Origin: a bacterium
GTDB lineage: Bacteria > SAR324 > NAC60-12
Length of the DNA: 39,764 bases
Direction: 5' to 3'
Assembly (NCBI GenBank): GCA_965233585.1
Contig: CBDDTI010000723.1
Location: 1-39,764, forward strand
Below the pieces are notes generated by a model. That model had not been told where the DNA came from and searched no databases. It saw only the letters and a program-made list of their open reading frames with translations. The first letter of the stretch is position 1. Each line of letters begins with the position of its first letter. The translations under genes and the position numbers were made by a program. Of the stretch, positions 31,120 through 37,800 are shown piece after piece.

Positions 31120-31460
31120 ACGAATCCTTATAATAAAATTGATGTTGAAAGAAATAAAAGAAGTAAACGATAGATGTTGGAATGCTCTAACAACAACGAA
31201 AAAAGCATCTCCTCACATCTTGCTTTTCACACCACGTAAAAAACAAGGAGTGAGTGTAGCGTTCCTTAAAAGTTCTTGTCAAGACAAAATTTTAGGAGGG
31301 CAACTGCATTTGACGCACGATGTGTCTTTGAGAAAAAAATTGGAGGTTAAGAAAGGACAAACAAGAGAGTTTTGAGGTTTGATTGTTCTTGAGTCTTGCT
31401 CTCAATCTGCCCCGTTAAACGTTGACTTTAGTCACTTGAGGACTAATGATTTCTTGACTT

Positions 31461-31520
31461 CCTTAAATTCAAAATTTACAAAATAAAATAACTACTCTAG
31501 CAGATTTTTTGAGAAAAAGA
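31461..31520 (-). promoter_or_regulatory. Orphan copy of the cassette promoter/leader (extended -10 TGCTAGAGT at 31502-31494)
   Basis: Aligns to 33376-33434 with 6 substitutions and 1 indel in 60 bp; no ORF follows it. Confidence 0.55.
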
Positions 31521-31556
31521 GCGAGGAAGACAACAAAAGAAAAGTGAAAAAAGAGA

Positions 31557-31760
31557 GATTCCTGCTTTCGCAGGAATGACTAAAGACAAGCCCGCAATGA
31601 CCAACGACAGACTATCAAGTGCCTCTTCTGTCATTCCGTGTTTGACACGGAATCTCAAAAAAAGAGTGGGAGCAAAGCAGAGAAAAAGTGAAAGAAGAAA
31701 GAAAGTGGAAAAAAGAGAGAAAAAGAAGGGAGTACAAACGAGCAAATTCCTTTTGTCATT
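31557..31760. repeat. REP-like palindrome cluster 1 (GTCATT-stem-loop-AATC family)
   Basis: GATTCCTGCTTTCGCAGGAATGAC 31557-31580, half element CAAGCCCGCAATGAC about 31587-31601, GTCATTCCGTGTTTGACACGGAATC 31630-31654, truncated GTCATTC about 31754; purine-rich spacers. Confidence 0.9.
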
Positions 31761-31802
31761 CTGTCTGCTGGAGGAGTGCTTGCTCACGGCAATTGGGGTG
31801 GT

Positions 31803-32201
31803 TTAAGTAGGAGTAGGAAGAGAGGTAAACAAAAAGGCTAACACGACCCCAAGTGTTACCAGATTTAAAGAAATGCCAAAACCGACCATCCATTTAAGGA
31901 GCTTCTGGTCTCCTTTTAAATAGTGGATGTCTTCTTTCAGTTCATCTTTGACATTTTGGGCGTCTTCTTTCAGTTCATCTTTGACAGCTCTAATTTCGCT
32001 TTGAACATCTTCTTTGGTGGCTTTCTGCTTCAGTTGTTCCTCTAAAGCAGAGACCTGTTCTTTGGTTGAGAGTTTCGCAAAGTTGCTTTCTACAACAGAT
32101 TTAAATTCTTCTGTCAATGCCTCTGCTTGTCCTTGTTCAAAGCCTGCAGCTTGTAAGTGTTTGGAGGTCTTGAGTGTGTCAAAAAGTAAAGCAGTTTCCA
32201 T
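31803..32201 (-). CDS. DUF1640/CCDC90-like coiled-coil protein with a C-terminal TM helix
   Basis: FDTLKTSKHLQAAGFEQGQAEAL, LSTKE and ATKED repeats, LLKWMVG followed by a TM helix; upstream extended -10 TGTTATGAT (32240-32232). Confidence 0.85.
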   Translation of the reverse strand: METALLFDTLKTSKHLQAAGFEQGQAEALTEEFKSVVESNFAKLSTKEQVSALEEQLKQKATKEDVQSEIRAVKDELKEDAQNVKDELKEDIHYLKGDQKLLKWMVGFGISLNLVTLGVVLAFLFTSLPTPT

Positions 32202-32310
32202 CAGTTTGTGTGTGAGAATGCTAAATCCAGAATCATAACAAATTTGAGACCAAATGGAAACAAAGAGAACTTAGCAAGTTTGGATTGATGAAAGAAGTAA
32301 GCAAAAAAAG

Positions 32311-32728
32311 AAATTGCGGGTCAATCTAGCAAAGTCCTTCTGTCATTCCGTGATTAACACGGAATCTATCAACAAAATCCCTCAGTCATTCCGTGCTTGA
32401 CACGGAATCTATCATCAAACCAAGCGTGGATTCCTGCTTTCGCAGGAATGACAAGCCCACACATGCAAGTCACAACGAAACCCAAGTGTTTGTCCTGTAT
32501 TTGAAGAAGAATGAGATTGCGGGTCAGGTCCCCAATGACGAATGGTCAAGGTGAGCAATGACAAGGAGACGATGGAATAACGAAAAGACACGCCTGCAAA
32601 ATTCCTCTGTCATTCCGCACTTGACACGGAATCTAAAAAAACAAGGGTGAGAGCAGAACGAGAAAGAAAACAAAAGAAAAAAACAGATTGTGTGGCAAGG
32701 TGAGCAATGAAAATCAAGGTTCAATGAC
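32311..32728. repeat. REP-like palindrome cluster 2
   Basis: Elements at 32342-32366, 32385-32409, 32429-32452, 32515-32539, 32609-32633, degenerate 32686-32710, plus half elements and a left-truncated GTAG-type REP about 32478-32496. Confidence 0.92.
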
Positions 32729-33367
32729 TTTGATTTGGTCTGCTTCAGGTTGCAGGAGGTAAATTCCTTTGGCTTTGGCATGAGAGATGAAATGTTCTGG
32801 AATGCTTTGACACGCAAGCCCCAGATGAATTTGAAAATCTTGATATTGTGGAAAAACGACAGGGAATGTCTCTTTGTGCCTGAACACTTGGTCAAAGTCA
32901 TCAAGGCGAAGTTTATGCTTCACTTCTACAATGAAGATGTGAGAGTCATTATAAAAAACAACGTCATACTGTCCGATGACTTTTTTATCGCTTCTTCCCT
33001 TCACATTTTTATCTACAGAATCATAAGGGATTTGTCCAATCGTGATGAATCCTTGTTCTTCTATTTCTCTGCTTCCAGCACGATAGTAAGCGTCTTCCTG
33101 TATGTCACTTTCTACCGTGATGTAACTTTCTAGCTTCTTGTTGGCTTCTTTTCTCAATCGTCTTTCTTCCTTCATTTCTTTCTCCCAAGCGGCATTGGAC
33201 TCTTGCTGTTGTTTGCTGTTTTCTTCTTGCTTCTTTGTTAGCTCTGCTAACTGCTTGCTGTTTTCTTCTTGTTGTTTCGCATTTTCAGCTAACTGCTTGT
33301 CCGTTTTTTCTTGACGTTTCGCAACTCTATCTAAAATTGCCCAAATCTCGTCAAATCTTTCACTCAT
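32714..33367 (-). CDS. Coiled-coil + PD-(D/E)XK nuclease-fold protein (DUF3782-like), paralog 2
   Basis: N-terminal heptad Q/E/K repeats; QEDAYY helix and GQYDVVFYNDSHIFIVEVK catalytic-type D...ExK; RBS AAGGAG. Confidence 0.85.
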   Translation of the reverse strand: MSERFDEIWAILDRVAKRQEKTDKQLAENAKQQEENSKQLAELTKKQEENSKQQQESNAAWEKEMKEERRLRKEANKKLESYITVESDIQEDAYYRAGSREIEEQGFITIGQIPYDSVDKNVKGRSDKKVIGQYDVVFYNDSHIFIVEVKHKLRLDDFDQVFRHKETFPVVFPQYQDFQIHLGLACQSIPEHFISHAKAKGIYLLQPEADQIKVIEP

Positions 33368-33375
33368 TTTCGTCT

Positions 33376-33434
33376 CCTTAAGTTCAAAATCTATAAAATA
33401 AAATATCTAGTCTAACAGATTTTTGAGAAAAAGA
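33376..33434 (-). promoter_or_regulatory. Cassette promoter/leader (extended -10 TGTTAGACT at 33417-33409)
   Basis: TG-n-TAGACT about 40 bp upstream of the ATG; block repeated at 31461-31520 and partly at 34493-34520. Confidence 0.6.
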
Positions 33435-33482
33435 ATTACAGAAGAATGAGAAAGAAAACAGAATAAGAATGAGAAAAAAACA

Positions 33483-33724
33483 GATTGCAGGTCAAGTTTT
33501 CAAGTGACTCTTCTGTCATTCCGCACTTGATGCGGAATCTATCATCAAACTAAGCATGGATTCCTGCTTTCGCAGGAATGACAAGGAGACGCCCGCAAGT
33601 TACAACGTAGGGACAAACCCAAGTGTTTGTCCTGTGTTTTAAGAAAAAAAGAAGAGATTGCGGGTCAAGCCCGCAATGACGGGAGAAGTGAGAAAAAAGA
33701 GATTGCGGGTCAAGGTTCAATGAC
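33483..33724. repeat. REP-like palindrome cluster 3
   Basis: 33515-33539, 33559-33582, GTAG-type GTAG-GGACAAAC-CCAAGT-GTTTGTCC 33607-33632, perfect GATTGCGGGTCAAGCCCGCAATGAC 33656-33680, and 33701-33724 overlapping a gene stop codon. Confidence 0.92.
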
Positions 33725-34450
33725 TTTAATTTGGTCTGCTTCAGGTTGTAGGAGGTAAACTCCTTTGGCTTTGGCATGAGAGATGAAATGTTCTGGAATG
33801 CTTTGACACGCAAGTCCCAGATGAATTTGAAAATCCTGATACTGCGGAAACACGACAGGGAACGTCTCCCTGTGCCTGAACACTTGGTCAAAGTCATCAA
33901 GACGAAGTTTATGCTTCACTTCTACAATGAAGATGTGAGAACGATTATAAAAAACAACGTCATACTGCCCAACTACTTTCTCAAATCTTCCCTTCACATT
34001 TTTATCTACAGAATCATAACGAATTTGTCCAATCAAGATGAATCCTTGGTCTTCTATCTCCCTTTGACCAGTACGATAGTAAGCGTCTTCCTGTATGTCA
34101 CTTTCTACCGTGATGTAACTTTCTAGCTTCTTGTTGCTTTCTTTTCTCAATCGTCTTTCTTCCTTCATTTCTTTTTCCCAAGCGGCATTGCGTTCTAGCC
34201 TTTCTTTTTCCCATCTGGCACTGGATTCTTGTACCTGCTTCTCCCAAGCGGCATTGCGTTCTAGCCTCTCTTTTTCCCATCTGGCACTGGATTCTTGTAC
34301 CTGCTTCTCCCAAGCGGCATTGCGTTCTTGCATCTGTTTTGCAAATTCTTCTTGCTTTTTAGTCAATTCTGCTAACTGCTTGCTATTTTCTTCTTGTTGT
34401 TTGCTATTTTCTTCCAAGATTTTTTCTATTCTATCTAAACGTTCTGACAT
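33710..34450 (-). CDS. Coiled-coil + PD-(D/E)XK nuclease-fold protein (DUF3782-like), paralog 1
   Basis: C-terminal domain nearly identical to 32714..33367 (GQYDVVFYNRSHIFIVEVK); longer coiled coil with an internal repeat; RBS GGAGAGG. Confidence 0.85.
   Translation of the reverse strand: MSERLDRIEKILEENSKQQEENSKQLAELTKKQEEFAKQMQERNAAWEKQVQESSARWEKERLERNAAWEKQVQESSARWEKERLERNAAWEKEMKEERRLRKESNKKLESYITVESDIQEDAYYRTGQREIEDQGFILIGQIRYDSVDKNVKGRFEKVVGQYDVVFYNRSHIFIVEVKHKLRLDDFDQVFRHRETFPVVFPQYQDFQIHLGLACQSIPEHFISHAKAKGVYLLQPEADQIKVIEP
34177..34328. repeat. Intragenic 66-bp tandem repeat, about 2.3 copies
   Basis: CCCAAGCGGCATTGCGTTCT recurs at 34177, 34243 and 34309; encodes ERNAAWEKQVQESSARWEKERL. 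Confidence 0.95.
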
Positions 34451-34492
34451 TTGTACCTCTCCAATTGAAGATTATTAAGTTTAAACACACCC

Positions 34493-34520
34493 AGTCTAAC
34501 AGGTTTTTGAGAAAAAGAAT
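34493..34520 (-). promoter_or_regulatory. Cassette promoter (extended -10 TGTTAGACT at 34501-34493)
   Basis: AGTCTAACAG.TTTTTGAGAAAAAGAAT shared with 33409-33436, at a similar distance from the ATG. Confidence 0.6.
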
Positions 34521-34557
34521 GAGAAAGAAAACAAAAGAAGAGTGAGAAAAAAAGAGA

Positions 34558-34784
34558 GATTGCATGTCAAGGTAAGCAATGACGGAAACACAAGCCCGCA
34601 AGTCACAACGTAGGGACAAACCCAAGTGTTTGTCCTGTGTTTGAAGAAAAAAAGAGAGATTGCGGGTCAGGTCCCCAATGACGAATGGTCAAGGTCAGCA
34701 ATGACGAAAAGCGAAGACTACCCCGTCAGGCGTTGCCTGCCAGCAACAAGCCTCTGGTTTGTTGACCTTCACAGAAGGGGAATT
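34558..34784. repeat. REP-like palindrome cluster 4
   Basis: Degenerate element 34558-34583, GTAG-type 34610-34635, 34658-34682, half element about 34687-34705; 34590-34705 is a direct repeat of about 32452-32562; distinct multi-hairpin element at 34716-34784. Confidence 0.9.
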
Positions 34785-34808
34785 GAAACGTCCAACCTCA
34801 AAAAACAA

Positions 34809-37800
34809 CTACGAACGGGCAGGAATTTCCACACCGCATAAATAGTAAAAGGTGTACCCATAGGTGGTTCTACTTTTAGTAGATTCTGTGCCATCGCTGA
34901 GAGACCGTACTTTAGTTTTACGGATTACCCCAAAATTGAGATTGCCAATCAGATAAAAACCAGAACCAAGCACATCATTAGCCAGTGTTCTACCACCGTT
35001 GCCTGTTTGAGGCTTGAAGTTGTCAGAATTGACATTTTGGTAACTGAACATGTTTTTGCAAGTATCAGCATCATAATGTTGTAAGGTATTGCCTTCGCTG
35101 CGGTAGAACCAGAGTTTGCCGTCTTTGTCCAGATGGAAGTCATCACCTTTGAGCCTGCTGAATCCGCCAACATCAAACTCTTTGATGGCATTGGTGGAGT
35201 CATGGGTGTCGTTGTTGGTGGTGAATGACAAGATGCTGCCAGCGACGTCTTTGAGCGGTTTCGCACCGATGCTGGTCATAATCCCAATTTGATAGGTGGT
35301 GTTGGCAGCCCATGCTTCTTCAGGAATGATGACATGATTTTTGCCGTTGCCTTTCTTAACAAAGACAGCATCGCAGTTGACAAAGCCATCAACAGAGACC
35401 AGCAAGGTGTTTGCCGTTGTGGAGCAAGCACCTCTGGTGCTTTGAGAGACCAATGTCTGTTCTGTGTCTAACTTCAAGACTGAACGTCCATAGGCTTTGC
35501 CTGCTGAATCCTGCATCTTGGACACAACACTTGCGTTAGCAAAAACCCAGACATCATTTTTATTGCCTGAATCATCTCCGCCTAGCACCCACATTTTGCC
35601 ATTGAACACCACACTGCTATGCCCCAGACGAGCAGACCAGCCTGCTGAATTTGTGGCTTTTGTCCAAGAGCTGCCATCGCTAGAAGACCAGACATCGTTT
35701 TTTTTGTTTGTTCCATCATAGCCACCTAGCACCCACATTTTGCCATTGAACACCACACTGCTAGCACGATAGCGATCCGACCAGCCTGCTGAATTTGTGG
35801 ACCTTGTCCAAGAGCTGCCATTGCTAGAAGACCAGACATCGTTGACTTCGTCTCCATCATAGCCACCTAGCATCCACATTTTGTTGTTGAAAACTACACT
35901 GCCAGCACTTCGACGAGAAGACCAGCCTGGTGAACTTGTGGACCTTGTCCAACTCACTCCATCGCTAGAAGACCAGACATCTCTTTTGAGTCTTGAGCTA
36001 CCCACCCCTCCTAGTACCCACATTTTGTTGTTCAACACCAGACTGCTATGACCCTGACGAACAGACCAGCCTGCTGAATTTGTGGACCTTGTCCAACTCA
36101 CTCCATCGCTAGAAGACCAGACATCTCTTTCGTACGTTCCAATACCATACCTATTTGAACTATAGCCTCCGATGACCCACATTTTATTATTGAACACGAC
36201 ACTGCTGTGTCCATAACGTTTTAACCAGTCTGCTGAACTTGTGGACCTTGTCCAACTCACTCCATCGCTAGAAGACCAGACATCGTTTTTTCTGTTTGTT
36301 CCATCAAAACCTCCCATGACCCAGATTTTGTTATTGAATACGACACTGCTATGTTGATTGCGTCCTGCCCAGCCTGCTGAAGCAGTAGCCTGTACCCAGC
36401 TTGCATCAATCTTGACTGAGGAACTTGCGGCAGACAGTGCGGAACAACCAACCGAATTGCAGCCTTTGACTCTGTAATAGTAAGTGCCTGCTAGGAGGTC
36501 ATGCTGACCAGCAGTCGTGGCAGTTGTGGTGGTGGCAAGTTGAAAAGCTGAGGCAGTGGTCGTGGTGGCTTGGTACAATTCGTAACTGCTGACCCCTGCA
36601 ATCGCATTCCAGACGACTGTGCCTGTGTCTATGGCTTCTTTGCTAGCACTGGTGATGGTTGGAACGGCAGGTCTTTCTAACAAAGTAATGCTTTGCTCGC
36701 TGGATTTGGCAGATTCTCCAGCGACATTGACCGCAGAGATTTTGTAGTAATAGGTTGAACCTTTGGTCAGTCCTGTCTCAGTGTAAGACGTGGTTGTGCC
36801 AGTGTGTGCCAGTGAATAAAACCTGCCCGAAGTATTGCTGTGATAGACCTTGTAACTCGTAGCCCCTGCAACAGCAGACCAAGTCAGTTTGACTTCTGTT
36901 TCTGACCCTGACACTTGAGCCACTGCTAAACCTGTTGGGGCAGTAGCAGGCTTTTCTTTCAACGTCACGCTTTGCTCACTTGACTTGACAGATTCGCCCC
37001 CGATGTTCACCGCAGAGATGGTGTAGTAATAAGTGATTCCTTTGGTGGGGACATTTGCCCAAACTGTTGTAGAACCATCGTTGATGGTATTCACCAATGT
37101 CCCTGCACTTCCTGAGGTGGTGCTGCGATAGATTTTGTAACTGGTGGCTCCCGTCACAGCAGACCAAGTCAGTTTGACTTGTGTCTCTGACCCTGACACT
37201 TGAGCCGCTGCTAATCCCGCTGGTGCAACAGAAAGTTTGGTCTGCAAGGTCACATTTTTCTCGCTTGACTTGGCAGACTCTCCGCCGATATTGATAGCAG
37301 AGACTGTGTAGTAATAGGTTGAGCCTCTTGTCAGTCCTGTATTAGTGTAGGAAGTCGTGCCATCATTGATAGTATTGACCAATGTCCCGACACTGCCTGA
37401 GGTGGTGCTGCGATAAACTTTGTAACTACTCGCCCCCGTGGCTGCATTCCAAGTCAGCTTTGCCTCTGTCTCTGACCCTGACACTTGAGCCACTGCTAAT
37501 CCTGTTGGTTTGGTTGGTTTCGCCTTCAAGGTGACGCTTTTTTCAACTGACTGAGCAGACTCTCCCCCGATGTTCACAGCAGAGATTTTGTAGTCATAAG
37601 TGGTGGCTTTAGTCAATCCTGTGTCAGTGTAAGACGTGGTTGTGCCTGTGTGAGCCAGCGAATAAGCCCCGCCTGAAGCCTTGCGATAGACTTTGTAACT
37701 GTTCGCCCCCGCAACAGCAGTCCAAGTCAGCTTTGCCTCTGTTTCTGAATTTTGAACTTGAGCCACTGCTAAACCTGTTGGGACGGCTGTTTTTTCTATC

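Noticed and set aside
31497..31806. Short ORFs across the repeat clusters (31497..31787, 31576..31806; likewise 32524..32904, 33550..33900, 34431..34625, 34626..34841)
   Set aside because: They are translations of REP palindromes and purine tracts (e.g. VIPAKAGI) or alternative frames of real genes, with no independent coding evidence.
32714..34450. Diversity-generating retroelement TR/VR pair between the two paralogs (or among Kelch/FN3 repeats)
   Set aside because: Differences are not adenine-specific, many are synonymous, both copies are full ORFs, and no reverse transcriptase is in the window.
31557..34705. CRISPR array interpretation of the palindromic repeats
   Set aside because: Repeats occur in both orientations, vary in stem sequence, have irregular and themselves repeated spacers, and no cas genes are present.
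34754..34789. CRISPR-repeat-like sequence ending ATTGAAAC with a small hairpin
   Set aside because: Single copy only, with no second repeat at spacer distance; better explained as part of the multi-hairpin element at 34716-34784.
31441..34808. Classical integron with attC sites
   Set aside because: No intI gene in the window; the palindromes are about 25 bp and lack the RYYYAAC...GTTRRRY ends of attC; the genes carry their own promoters.
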